NCBI GenBank assembly: GCA_958366945.1
Contig: CATXCY010000010.1
Coordinates: forward strand, 6,463-70,462
Direction of reading: 5' to 3'
DNA length: 64,000 nucleotides
DNA from: an uncultured bacterium
GTDB taxonomy: Bacteria; Vulcanimicrobiota; Xenobia; Xenobiales; Xenobiaceae
The translations under genes and the position numbers were made by a program. Each line of letters opens with the position of its first letter. Positions within the stretch are counted from its first letter, which is position 1. Under the pieces are notes generated by a model that worked only from the letters and a program-made list of their open reading frames with translations, made no database searches and was not told the DNA's origin. Below are positions 1-9,518 of this stretch, one piece after another.

Positions 1-1439
1 CCGGCTTATATGCTACAGCTCCGGCGACCGAGGGCGGCTTAGGAGTAACCGCCGCTAAATTCGGTATTATCTTAATGGTCTGGTCTGGCTTCCAAGGATT
101 TGTACCCATTTTTGTTGGTGGCTTAGCCGATCGCTATGGATATAAATTAATGATTGGCATTTCTACGGCCGTAAAAATGGGCGCATATTTAATCATGGCC
201 GCTTTCCCAACTTTTTATGGATTTTTGTTGGGGGCTGTTTGCTTGGCTACAGGAACGGCTATATTTAAGCCTGGCATTCAAGGCACTTTAGCCAAATCGA
301 CTAAGCCGGAAAATAGTTCTATGGCTTGGGGAGTGTTCTATCAAACTGTAAATATCGGTGGTTTTATAGGCCCTGTTTTGGCTGGTTTTTTGCGTAAGAT
401 GGAATGGAGCCACGTCTTTTTGGCTTGTGCCCTGATTATTGCTTGTAATTTTCTACTTTTACTTACCTATAAAGAACCTGGCTTAGAAGAACGTTTGGCT
501 TTGGCCAAAGAGCGCGAGAAAAACAAAGAGAAACAGCGCAATATCGTTTGGGAAACTATAAACGAATTAAAACGCCCTCATTTATGCGTATTTTTGGCTA
601 TTTTTACTGGCTTCTACTTCATGTTTAATTGCATGTTTGACGTTTTGCCTTTGCATATTCGAGATTGGGTAGACAGCCGCGATGTAGTTACTACTGTTTC
701 TCACTTCCTTAATACTGATAATGCCATAGTCAGTTTTGTAATGATTTTGGACAAGACGAAAACCTTCATTCAGCCGGAAGGTATGTTGAACTTAAACTGT
801 GGCATGATCATGTTTACATGCTTCTTCTTTGCTTGGTTATCGTCTAAAATGCGCATTCTGCGCAGTATCGCCTTGGGGACTGCTTTGGCCGCTGTGTCAA
901 TGTGCTTAATTGGTATTTCCCATATGGGATGGTTCTGTTTATTGTCGATTGCTGTATTTAGCGTCGGAGAAATGCTTTCCAGCCCTAAATTTAGCGAATT
1001 TGTGGGCACTCACCTAGCTTCTAGCGATAAAAAAGGCATGTATTTAGGCTTGGGACAGATGTCTTTTGCTATAGGCTCAACTTTAGAAGGACTCGTCGCT
1101 CCCAGGCTTTACGACAAGCTGGCCTCTAAGGATACTTTCTCTAGACAGATGTTAGTAGATACTAATTTAATGACGCCAGATCAAGCAGCGGCTATTCAGC
1201 CAGGAGAAGCTTTCAATCAATTGGTGGCTTTAAGTGGCCGTACAGCTGAGGATTTGACTCAGTTTATGTATCACCATCACAATGTGGCTGCCATGTGGGA
1301 AATTATGGCTTGTATCGGTTTTGTAACCGCTTTGCTTATTTTGGCTTACTCTGTATGGTGGGCCAAAACTGGTCAGAGTGCTGCTGTAACAGCTACTTCC
1401 GTTCCCGCTAAAGTGGATAGCGAAGGCAAGGCTGAATAA
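1..1439 (+). CDS. MFS transporter (5'-partial; reading frame open to window start)
   Basis: Frame of the ORF at 75 stays open back to nt 3 with no stop. The 454-aa translation is highly hydrophobic with many TM segments and MFS-like loop motifs (GGLADRYGYK, G-rich helices). The C-terminus is hydrophilic. Confidence 0.65.
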   Translation, partial: GLYATAPATEGGLGVTAAKFGIILMVWSGFQGFVPIFVGGLADRYGYKLMIGISTAVKMGAYLIMAAFPTFYGFLLGAVCLATGTAIFKPGIQGTLAKSTKPENSSMAWGVFYQTVNIGGFIGPVLAGFLRKMEWSHVFLACALIIACNFLLLLTYKEPGLEERLALAKEREKNKEKQRNIVWETINELKRPHLCVFLAIFTGFYFMFNCMFDVLPLHIRDWVDSRDVVTTVSHFLNTDNAIVSFVMILDKTKTFIQPEGMLNLNCGMIMFTCFFFAWLSSKMRILRSIALGTALAAVSMCLIGISHMGWFCLLSIAVFSVGEMLSSPKFSEFVGTHLASSDKKGMYLGLGQMSFAIGSTLEGLVAPRLYDKLASKDTFSRQMLVDTNLMTPDQAAAIQPGEAFNQLVALSGRTAEDLTQFMYHHHNVAAMWEIMACIGFVTALLILAYSVWWAKTGQSAAVTATSVPAKVDSEGKAE

Positions 1440-1480
1440 TAAAAAAAACAACTAAATCGAGCGATAAATTAAAGTATAAT

Positions 1481-1516
1481 AAAAGGCAGAAGCTATTTAG
1501 CTTCTGCCTTTTATTT
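1481..1516. terminator. Bidirectional rho-independent terminator between convergent genes
   Basis: aaaaGGCAGAAGCTatttAGCTTCTGCCttttattt: perfect GC-rich stem flanked by an A-run and a T-run. Confidence 0.7.
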
Positions 1517-1546
1517 AGAAATGATCACTGACAAATGTAGCAATAA

Positions 1547-3757
1547 TTAGGGCTGTCGGACTTTTTGATAAATTTCGTCAAGTCGGCGATTGGGAGTTTG
1601 ATTAAGTTGGACTTTAAATGCTTTTTGTAAGTTTTCAAAGGTTTTAGCGGCCAATTGTGGTTGTTGTATGGCTATATATGCTTGCATAAGCAAATAAGTA
1701 CATTGCTCGTGGAGTGGCTCTAAGCTTATGGCCTGAGAGGTTGTCTCGACCAATTCCGGCCAATCTCTTTGCCTATATTGATAAGAGGCTAGTTCTGTGA
1801 GGGCTTGCAAGGATATGTAATCGAGACGAACTCTCTTTAACGTGGCCCACTCCATAGAGCATTGGGGCAGAAAATGGCCCTGACTTAATTGTTTAATTTC
1901 TTTGAGTAAATGGATATTTTTGTTGGCTCTATATTGTCTCCATAATTTCTCCAAACTTTGCCAATCGGCAATTACTCTCAGGCGTGGGTTGGGTGCCAGA
2001 GCCGAAGAACAACGCGCTATGGGATCAAAATCTGGGCATTTGTCTTTAAAGATCTTTTTAATGATAGATAAAGCTTTCCAAAGGCAAGCTTGTCCGTTGC
2101 TACTTTCAGGCCAAAATTCCTCGATAATTTGCTCACAGCTTAGATATGCACCGTGATTCAATAAACGCAGTAGCAAATGTTTGGCTTTTTGAGTTGTCCA
2201 AAGTTTTGCTTCTATTGTTTCACCATTTAGTTTTACGGAACATTGTCCCAAAAGTTTGAGTTCTAGAGTGGGGGTAGAGAGCGCAGCAGTAATTGATGGT
2301 GGAGATAAGCTTGAGTTCATCGTGTTTATGTTAAGTTGTTCAAGGAAAGTATAGGAAAGTTGCTTTTTCCATCTTGTGGCAAAGCGTTTTAGTTGAGTTA
2401 TATGCTCAGGTGCAAAGCTTTGTTTAGACAACATTTCCACAATTTGGGCACTTTGCCAGCGCAGTAGTTTAACCAACTTGCTTTCCAGCGGACAGGGCAA
2501 CTGGCAATGCTGGTACAGGAAGTTTAACAGTAAAGGTAGCAGCCAGGGCAAGTCTATTTCCATTTGGAGTTCGTGCTTGGCTTTAAGTAAATTACCTAAA
2601 GCTTGGCTAATTTGCTCTGCTTTTACTGGTAAACAGCTTGAACTGGCCAGAATAGATCTAGAATAATGGGGCTCCAATTGCAGCTGATCTAAGATTGTTT
2701 GGGCTTTTTGCAATTCACTGAGGAAATATCGGCAATCGACTTTTATATATAGTAGATACGCTTCCAAGGCTGTCCTAGCCCAGACAGGAGGCCCCAAAGA
2801 CTTTGCTATTTGCATAGCTGATTGTAAGTAATTCAGAGCTTGTTTATTTTGTGAATTGCGCAAACAAAGAGCAGCCAAGCGCAATTGGGCTTTGATACCG
2901 CTTAAAGTTGGCTGTGTGCTTAAATGTTTTAAAATTTTCTCTGCTTCTTGCCAATATCCGCAATGGAAAAACGTAGAAGCCAGAGAGAGGTCGGCTAAGT
3001 CTTCTTTGGCATGGAGGCTGGAAGTATTTGGTTGTAAAGAAGCTGATAAGGCAGAGTCGATTATATATCTGGCCAGAGAAAATTCTGGCTTGGAGTAGTT
3101 TTTGAGGAAGCTGTCCTCCCACAATTCTAGACTTTTAGCAGAATTGTACCAGTGTTTTTGGGCAGATAAAGCTTGAAGGACGGCCCCTATTTCTATTTCC
3201 TGAACTATTGGAGATTCCAAATTCGCTTGCTGAGCCAAACTTTTCGCTAAAAGACCAGCTTGCTGGGCTGTTTTTACTGTATGGTCGCTAAAGCGACCTT
3301 CCAAAAAGCTGTTCAGCAAAGTCTGAATTGACCACGAGTGCAAAGCTTGTAAGCACAAGCTTTCTTCGCGTTGTTGTTGGTGTTGACGGGTTAATTTCAG
3401 AAGGCGGCCGATACGCTCTAAAAAAATGCTCACTTCGAAGGGTTTTCGCAAATAGTCGGCGACACTGAAACGGAGGGATCGTATCGAATCTTCCTCACTG
3501 ACAGTTTTGGTAATAGCTAAAACTGCCGCTTCTTTTAGATAATGATGCACTCTGGAAAGAGTCCGGTAGCTACTTAAATTACCAGAATGCACATCTAAAA
3601 CAACTAAATCGAATAATTTGCGTGAGGAGATCGCGACAGCTTTTTCCCCCCTGGCCGCAGCCATTACGTCAAATCCTTCGTCTTGAAGGACGCTAGCGAG
3701 CTTCTCTCGCAACGGCGCGTCATCTTCAAGCACCAGAATTCGTGCTGTCTTGATCAC
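1547..3757 (-). CDS. Hybrid response regulator: N-terminal receiver (REC) domain, central helical/TPR-like region, C-terminal winged-helix plus BTAD (SARP-type) DNA-binding/activator module
   Basis: GTG start. The N-terminus RILVLEDDAPLRE...FDLVVLDV...YLRKPF is a canonical CheY-like receiver with the acidic pocket and phospho-Asp. The C-terminus LKLLGQCSVKLNGETIEAKLWTTQKAKHLLLRLL...EQIIEEFWPE resembles the OmpR/SARP winged helix. It is followed by a BTAD-like segment (LEPLHEQCTYLLMQAYIAIQQPQLAAKTFENLQKAFKVQLNQTPNRRLDEIYQKV). Confidence 0.6.
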   Translation of the reverse strand: MIKTARILVLEDDAPLREKLASVLQDEGFDVMAAARGEKAVAISSRKLFDLVVLDVHSGNLSSYRTLSRVHHYLKEAAVLAITKTVSEEDSIRSLRFSVADYLRKPFEVSIFLERIGRLLKLTRQHQQQREESLCLQALHSWSIQTLLNSFLEGRFSDHTVKTAQQAGLLAKSLAQQANLESPIVQEIEIGAVLQALSAQKHWYNSAKSLELWEDSFLKNYSKPEFSLARYIIDSALSASLQPNTSSLHAKEDLADLSLASTFFHCGYWQEAEKILKHLSTQPTLSGIKAQLRLAALCLRNSQNKQALNYLQSAMQIAKSLGPPVWARTALEAYLLYIKVDCRYFLSELQKAQTILDQLQLEPHYSRSILASSSCLPVKAEQISQALGNLLKAKHELQMEIDLPWLLPLLLNFLYQHCQLPCPLESKLVKLLRWQSAQIVEMLSKQSFAPEHITQLKRFATRWKKQLSYTFLEQLNINTMNSSLSPPSITAALSTPTLELKLLGQCSVKLNGETIEAKLWTTQKAKHLLLRLLNHGAYLSCEQIIEEFWPESSNGQACLWKALSIIKKIFKDKCPDFDPIARCSSALAPNPRLRVIADWQSLEKLWRQYRANKNIHLLKEIKQLSQGHFLPQCSMEWATLKRVRLDYISLQALTELASYQYRQRDWPELVETTSQAISLEPLHEQCTYLLMQAYIAIQQPQLAAKTFENLQKAFKVQLNQTPNRRLDEIYQKVRQP

Positions 3758-3883
3758 GTATCTATAATTAAATTCTATATAAGTTGATTTCCTGCCACTT
3801 AGTCAGCAAAAAATTTCCAGTTTATTTCAGTGGTGTAGTTTATAACCGTAATAGCTAATTTATCCATAAGGGGGGAAATCTTT
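3758..3883. promoter_or_regulatory. Divergent promoter region between the REC-SARP regulator (-) and the pilus/T2SS-like operon (+)
   Basis: AT-rich 126-bp spacer between divergent starts. A strong RBS (aagggggg) lies just before the ATG at 3884. Confidence 0.35.
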
Positions 3884-4264
3884 ATGCTGAATTTTTTACC
3901 TGTTTTGTTAGACAAAGCTAAAAAACGCACCCTTTCGCCTTATGAATTTTCCAGACGCTGGCACTATATAAAATTAGGTATAGAAGAGCGTTGTGTTGGA
4001 GTGCAGCAAGAATTTGAAGAGGTACGTCGCCAGGCTTCTGGACGTGTTTCTAAAGGCAGAGTAGATAAACTTTTAAAAGGTGTCAGTGAAAAGGAAATTG
4101 AGCATTGGAAAGTGCTGGTTATTTGTATAGAAAACTGGCTGGAGCGCAGCGGCGGTTTTGCCTATTTGCAGCAAGCTCAACATTCCTTTGAAGTTGTCGA
4201 AAAACTTTGGAATAAAAGAATTAAAGCTCTCAAAGCGGTATGGGAAAGAGAAATAATAAGCTGA
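3884..4264 (+). CDS. Hypothetical protein (first gene of pilus/T2SS-like operon)
   Basis: ATG preceded by the RBS aagggggg. 126 aa, charged/helical, no recognisable motif. Confidence 0.5.
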   Translation: MLNFLPVLLDKAKKRTLSPYEFSRRWHYIKLGIEERCVGVQQEFEEVRRQASGRVSKGRVDKLLKGVSEKEIEHWKVLVICIENWLERSGGFAYLQQAQHSFEVVEKLWNKRIKALKAVWEREIIS

Positions 4265-4318
4265 GTTTATCTATAACGGAAGACTGTATTCTGCCGCAAT
4301 TCGAAGGGGAAAGGTATT

Positions 4319-4879
4319 TTGCTGCATACGTACTTAGGACATATTAACAATTGGCAATGGTTGAAAAGCCGAAGTTCGTCTGGCAAGCGCTTCGGCTTAC
4401 GCCACCATAATCAGCGAGGCGGAGCCTTAATTTTAGCTATGATGCTGACAACTGTGATGCTCATTTTGGGGGCCGCCCATCTTTTTGCCTTGCAAAGTGA
4501 ACGCCGATTCTCTGGGGTTCAGGAACGCAATTTACAAGCTTGGTATTTAGCAAAATCAGGATGCGATTATTTTTTCTATTATTGCCAGGGCGGTTCCCCA
4601 TCTTTTTTGCTAGAAGCGCCTGGTAACAAGTTGTCAGCGGAGCAAAAAGCTGATTCTGGTGAGTTGATATTAGCAAAAGTTCCTGTAGTTGAGGGGCTAG
4701 ACCATTATTATTTTGAAATAAGTCGCTTATCTGCTAAGGTCGTAAGAGTTAGAGGAGTAGTCGAAGGAACTTTAAGCAGTAGTGGTAAGCCTACTTGTTT
4801 AGAAACCAGTCTTTATATCGTGCGCGATTCCGCAGGGGGGTGGAAAAATGCAACATACGAACAAAGGCCCAATTTATAG
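4319..4879 (+). CDS. GspK-like minor pseudopilin (type II secretion / type IV pilus family)
   Basis: TTG start 5 nt after the RBS gaaggggaaagg. The N-terminus ...QRGGALILAMMLTTVMLILGAAHLF resembles the GspK N-terminal helix (QRG-A-L, hydrophobic stretch, no Glu at +5). It overlaps the next gene by 32 nt. Confidence 0.45.
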   Translation: MLHTYLGHINNWQWLKSRSSSGKRFGLRHHNQRGGALILAMMLTTVMLILGAAHLFALQSERRFSGVQERNLQAWYLAKSGCDYFFYYCQGGSPSFLLEAPGNKLSAEQKADSGELILAKVPVVEGLDHYYFEISRLSAKVVRVRGVVEGTLSSSGKPTCLETSLYIVRDSAGGWKNATYEQRPNL

Positions 4880-5510
4880 AAGAAAAAGTTTGGGCATTAC
4901 TCTTGTAGAGCTATTAATATGTTGTGCCTTGACGGTTCTTTTCGTAAGTTTGGTCGGTCAACTTAGTTTGGCTTCCGTGCGCAACTATAAGCATAGCGAG
5001 ATGGGCATGAGAGCTATGCGCTCTGCTGCTATAGCCATGGAAGTAATGAGCCGTGATTTGCGCTCTTGTGAGCAAATACTTTGGCCTAAAATTAGTGCCA
5101 ATACTTGGCGCCAAGGCTATCGTCTTTGCGGTGATGATAAGCTTGGTTTCAAATTCATTTTTCGCCAAGCTCCGGCTGCAGACGGTAAAGTTTCCATTGT
5201 TGGCTTTCATTGGGACTCTGAAAGCAAAATTTTAACTAGATGTTTGTATCGGCCAGAATTTAAGCCCAATGCTGATAATTTATCCGATCCCAAGCAAATA
5301 AATTCACGGCGTATTTTAGCACGTGAATTATCTTCTATAAGCGTAAATTCTGTTAATTGGCGCATGCGCGGTGGTTTGCAATTCCTGGAACTCAGTTTAA
5401 CAATCTCTTTTAGTGAACTGGAATCACATAAAAATAAACTTCGCGTCAAAAACGACAAAGAAAAACTATTTAGGAATTTATATACAGAAATTGAAATTTT
5501 GGGGGTGTAG
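4848..5510 (+). CDS. Prepilin-type N-terminal cleavage/methylation domain protein (minor pseudopilin)
   Basis: ATG after the RBS gggggtgg. The N-terminus KSLG|ITLVELLICCALTVLFVSLVG has a class-III signal: G at -1, Glu at +5 and a hydrophobic helix. Confidence 0.6.
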   Translation: MQHTNKGPIYRRKSLGITLVELLICCALTVLFVSLVGQLSLASVRNYKHSEMGMRAMRSAAIAMEVMSRDLRSCEQILWPKISANTWRQGYRLCGDDKLGFKFIFRQAPAADGKVSIVGFHWDSESKILTRCLYRPEFKPNADNLSDPKQINSRRILARELSSISVNSVNWRMRGGLQFLELSLTISFSELESHKNKLRVKNDKEKLFRNLYTEIEILGV

Positions 5511-5516
5511 TTCAGT

Positions 5517-6786
5517 GAAAAAAAAGGCATTGCGTGCTTATACTTTGCTAGAGCTGATGATGGGAATATTTCTGGTCTTTTGCGCTGCTGGTTACTTGCT
5601 GGGAACTTATGCCTTTGGAGCTAGAGCTAGCTTGAGTACAGATCGCTTTACAGCGGCTGTAAACTTGGGCCAAGCAAAAATGGAAGAATTACAAAACTGT
5701 CCATCGGCGCATTTGCTTACGGAGCAAAAAGGCAAGTTCCCTTACCCTCATCAAGATTACTATTGGCATATAAAAGTTTCAGCTTTTAGTAAAGACTTCA
5801 ATTTGCTTACTGTGCGTACAGGCCAAAACGGCGCTCCTTTATGCACATTGCGTCGACTTATCAACACTGCTTCGTACACTTCTATAGATGCTCACATCTA
5901 CGATAGTGAAACTATTTTTACTGACAATAGTTCTAAGTTGCCTTTTGCCAAAGTCTCTTTTTGGGAGCCCTTTGCAACTACGCCTAAAACTGTTGGAGCT
6001 GCTGTCAACTGGCCCACGGGAGCAATTTGTGGCCATCCAGGATTGGGGATCGTTTGGGCTTCGCATAGTCAACAACCCAAGATCATGCAAATGCTTTTTA
6101 ATGCCGAGGGCAAGAATATTGCTTGTAAGACTATTGAAGTGCCTGCTAACAATCAGGGATACAGAGCTCACATAATTGATTTAGCTGCTGATAAGATGGG
6201 CAACTTCCTTTTTTGTGCTGACAGTGCCAATAGAGCTTTGTGGGTGTTAGATGATTCAGGCAGCAGTGGAGGAGACTATTCGTGGAAAGACGGTCTGTGT
6301 TTAGTAAGTAAACAAAAACCTATACAGGATTTGCGCGGAATTGCTTGTGATCAATACGGTAGCACTATTTGGCTTTGCGAAGGTGCTCCCCGTCGTTTGC
6401 GTCAGTTCTATTGGGGAAAAATGCCTAAAGAAGGAGTACAAGAAAAAATTAACTCCTTTTCTGGATGGGGCGAAATTGTGGATGTGCCTTTCTCTGGATC
6501 GGGGCGTTTGCATTCTGTCGCTGTCAATAGTTGGGGGTCTGCCATTTATACTATCGATAATAGTTTCGTTTACACTCTAATTTTTCAAGAAAATGGTGAC
6601 TGTGGTATTTGGCAGCAAATCCCTATGTCGGAAGCGTTGCGCAAAGCTCAACCTAGAGCTTTATGGATTGATCCTGGTAACAGCCGTTTATATATAAATA
6701 CGCTTGCAGGAGGACAGTGGGCAGCGGCGCCTTCGATAGATGGTACTTTAAAAAGCAGTAGTTTCAGTCGGATAAATTGGAGGTAA
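5517..6786 (+). CDS. Pilin-like protein with C-terminal NHL/beta-propeller-like domain (start placed at internal GTG; ORF track begins at 5413)
   Basis: GTG after the RBS gggggtg. The N-terminus VKKKALRA|YTLLELMMGIFLVF is prepilin-like with Glu at +5. The C-terminal ~250 aa show repeated Trp/Gly/Asp-rich blade-like motifs (LRGIACDQYGSTIWLCE, LHSVAVNSWGSAIYTID, PRALWIDPGNSRLYIN). Confidence 0.5.
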
Positions 6787-6791
6787 ATATA

Positions 6792-7823
6792 ATGGAGAAA
6801 ATTTTTATCTACCGCCAACTTGGAGTAATGCTTCGTTCTGGAGTTCATGTTGTCAAAGCTTTGGAAGCTGTCGCTCATTGTTGCAAATATAAAGACGAGC
6901 AAAACATTTGGTTGGAAGTGAGTCAAGAAGTTTGTCGAGGGAGTACTTTAACTCAGGCTTGGAGTTCGCATCCTGAATACTTTGAGTTGATAGAAGTAGG
7001 GCTAATTAAAGCTGGCGAAGCCTCTTGCGCTCTGGACGAAATTTGCTTTGATATTTCAAAGTTCTTTTCTATGGAGTTGGAGCTAAAACGTAAATTAAGT
7101 TCAGCTTTGCAATATCCATTGACGGTATGCTTGGGATTTGCCGTTTTAAGTTGTCTGGTTGCACTACATATTATTCCTTCATTTGCTCCTATCTTTGATT
7201 CTTTGGCCAGATTGCCTTTACCAACTTTAGTTTTATTGGGCTTTGTATCTTTATTGCAAAATAAAGCGCTTTGGGCTATTTGCGGAAGTTCTGTTTTAGC
7301 TTTTTGTCTAGCTTTAAAAACTTATCGCTTTTCTTCATACGGGCAGAGAAAATGGCAAATGTTTGTGCTGACCGTCCCTTTATTGGGTAAAATTGTCAGA
7401 AATATCGTTACCGCTCGTTTTTGCCACACACTGGCTGTACTTTTGCGCAGTGGTTTGCCGTTGAATAGCTCTTTGCAAATAACTGGTTTAGCTTTAGCTA
7501 ACTACCCGTTGGCTTCAGCTTTAGAACACACTATATCTGGAGTTAATCAAGGCTATGAGTTTAGTGAAGCCTTGCAAATAGGCAAGTATTTCTCCAAGAC
7601 ATTCATAAATGCTATGCGTGTAGCTACTGAGGCTAATAGCTTAGATGATGTTTTAGAGCGTTTGAGCAAGTTCTATAACGAACAAGTTAATTGTGATATA
7701 AGCAAATTCACAGTTTTAATCGAGCCCGTTTTGCTCTGTGTTATGGGGGTAGGTACTGCTGGGGTGCTTTTAGCCTTATTTGCACCTTTATATGAATTTA
7801 TCAATTTAAGCGCTGTTTTATAG
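6792..7823 (+). CDS. Type II secretion / type IV pilus platform protein, GspF/PilC family
   Basis: ATG 8 nt after the RBS ggagg. Two T2SSF repeats: IFIYRQLGVMLRSGVHVVKALEAV and TARFCHTLAVLLRSGLPLNSSLQITG...ATEANSLDDVLERL. Polytopic TM segments. Confidence 0.7.
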   Translation: MEKIFIYRQLGVMLRSGVHVVKALEAVAHCCKYKDEQNIWLEVSQEVCRGSTLTQAWSSHPEYFELIEVGLIKAGEASCALDEICFDISKFFSMELELKRKLSSALQYPLTVCLGFAVLSCLVALHIIPSFAPIFDSLARLPLPTLVLLGFVSLLQNKALWAICGSSVLAFCLALKTYRFSSYGQRKWQMFVLTVPLLGKIVRNIVTARFCHTLAVLLRSGLPLNSSLQITGLALANYPLASALEHTISGVNQGYEFSEALQIGKYFSKTFINAMRVATEANSLDDVLERLSKFYNEQVNCDISKFTVLIEPVLLCVMGVGTAGVLLALFAPLYEFINLSAVL

Positions 7824-7843
7824 GTAAGATTATAGGGGGAGAT

Positions 7844-8917
7844 ATGAGTAAAGAACATCATGTAATTATTTATGATCAAGATTGCATAGTTGGTGATATG
7901 CTTATCTATGCATTGCAAAATACAAATTGTAGAATCACTCGCCTAAGGGGGAATGCTGCGCGGCTTATCGACCAATTGCTCAAACAAAAAGCCGATCTTC
8001 TGATAGCCAACTCTGGCCCAAATCTTGGCAATTTATTACATTTGCTTCGATGTTGTCGTGCTAAATATCCTCAACAAAAGCAAATTTTAATTACGGCTGC
8101 TTGGAATAATTTAGATGAAATGCTCAAAGGTGAAAAAATAGAAGCTGTGCTTTTGAAGCCTTTTAAGCTAAGTCAGCTTAAGGAAATAATTGAAAATTTG
8201 CTTCCTGAAGAAAGGCCGATTGCGCAAATGAACTGGCGCAAAAAACTTTTGGGAGTCAAACGATGGATCGTCAATATGTTTCAGGATCTTAAACTTAAAA
8301 ATGTATTGGAGGGAATTAAGCAAAAATTAAAGCGGTTATGGCGATGTTGGCTTTTAAAAAGTATAGAAGATGAACGCTTACAAATGTTCAAGTTGGCTTA
8401 TCACTTTTGTCAATCAAAATTCGCTAGCCATAAGGGCATTTTAGACCTGTGGTTGTATTTAGAATTTTTGGAGAGGCGTTACCTTCTAGCCAAATGTGGT
8501 GTAAATGTTGAGCGTGACGCTTTGCAATTTTATTATGCTACTCTCAGAAGCAAACTTGAGCGAGGCCTTTGCGGTTGGGCTGTTTCACTTAAAGGTGGTG
8601 ACGGCTTGGGCCCAGAACTGGATTCTGCTCAATTTTCAAAGTTTTATTATCGACTCAAAAATAAAGAATTGAGCTTTAGTTGCTTTATACAAGCAGCCCA
8701 AGCCAGACTTGTGCGTTGGGCTCTAAGTCGTCCTTCAGCCGTCAGCATACACAAAATGCTTAAAAAAACACCCCTTACACTTCGAAAAACTTCGTCTTGG
8801 CAATCATTGTCCGACAAGAGACGAATTGAACAACTCAAAGCAGAAGCCGAAATTCTAGCCTTGACTTCGACTAATGAACACGAACTAAAAGAAGTTTTTC
8901 AAAAAGTGTGGTGCTGA
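7844..8917 (+). CDS. Pseudo-receiver domain protein with C-terminal helical domain of unknown function
   Basis: RBS gggggag. The N-terminus HHVIIYDQD...ADLLIANSGPN...LLKPFKL has a receiver-like fold, but the phospho-acceptor Asp position reads LLIAN, so there is no Asp. Confidence 0.45.
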   Translation: MSKEHHVIIYDQDCIVGDMLIYALQNTNCRITRLRGNAARLIDQLLKQKADLLIANSGPNLGNLLHLLRCCRAKYPQQKQILITAAWNNLDEMLKGEKIEAVLLKPFKLSQLKEIIENLLPEERPIAQMNWRKKLLGVKRWIVNMFQDLKLKNVLEGIKQKLKRLWRCWLLKSIEDERLQMFKLAYHFCQSKFASHKGILDLWLYLEFLERRYLLAKCGVNVERDALQFYYATLRSKLERGLCGWAVSLKGGDGLGPELDSAQFSKFYYRLKNKELSFSCFIQAAQARLVRWALSRPSAVSIHKMLKKTPLTLRKTSSWQSLSDKRRIEQLKAEAEILALTSTNEHELKEVFQKVWC

Positions 8918-8973
8918 CGGCCACAGATTAGTGCGGCTTGGCTTATTTCTCAAGTTTGCTCAACAACCATTTC

Positions 8974-9354
8974 CTACTTTTTATTTTTTGTACCGCCGGT
9001 AAATACTGAACCAAAACGGGCCAACTTGCTAAAAACGCCAAAGTGTTTTCTTATAGCTTTAATTTGCTCGGCACTGACAAAAATGCCTTGACAATGTTCA
9101 CATCTTGGTAAAGTTAAGTCAAATTCATCGATGTGCTCATTTTTGAGATCGAAGCCACAGTGCGGGCATTTCATGTAGTGAATGTTGGCCGCTTGTTCCT
9201 CTTCTTGCTTAGCCTGTTTCTCTCTCGTCTCTCTGGTCTTTTTTAGTTCGAGTAGCAGTCTTTCTTCATGCTCACGCAAGCCTCTGGCAGTATCATGTTT
9301 GCTGGCTAGTTGGTCTTGAGTTTTGCCTCTTCCGGACAAACTATCATTACTCAT
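8974..9354 (-). CDS. Zinc-ribbon domain protein
   Basis: CPHCG...x24...CEHCQG four-Cys ribbon after a charged coiled-coil-like N-terminus. Confidence 0.4.
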   Translation of the reverse strand: MSNDSLSGRGKTQDQLASKHDTARGLREHEERLLLELKKTRETREKQAKQEEEQAANIHYMKCPHCGFDLKNEHIDEFDLTLPRCEHCQGIFVSAEQIKAIRKHFGVFSKLARFGSVFTGGTKNKK

Positions 9355-9518
9355 TTATATACAACCTCCGAAATGTCGGGTACGCGAACTGCAACAGTTT
9401 CAAATTCGCCTGTTAATTATTTTCCCCTTTGTAAAAAAGTTAACGTCTAGCCTAAGAGCAGGAAGGCCAGATCTTGCATAAAATTTAGACGACAAGTTGT
9501 TTTTGAGGAAGATTCAGT

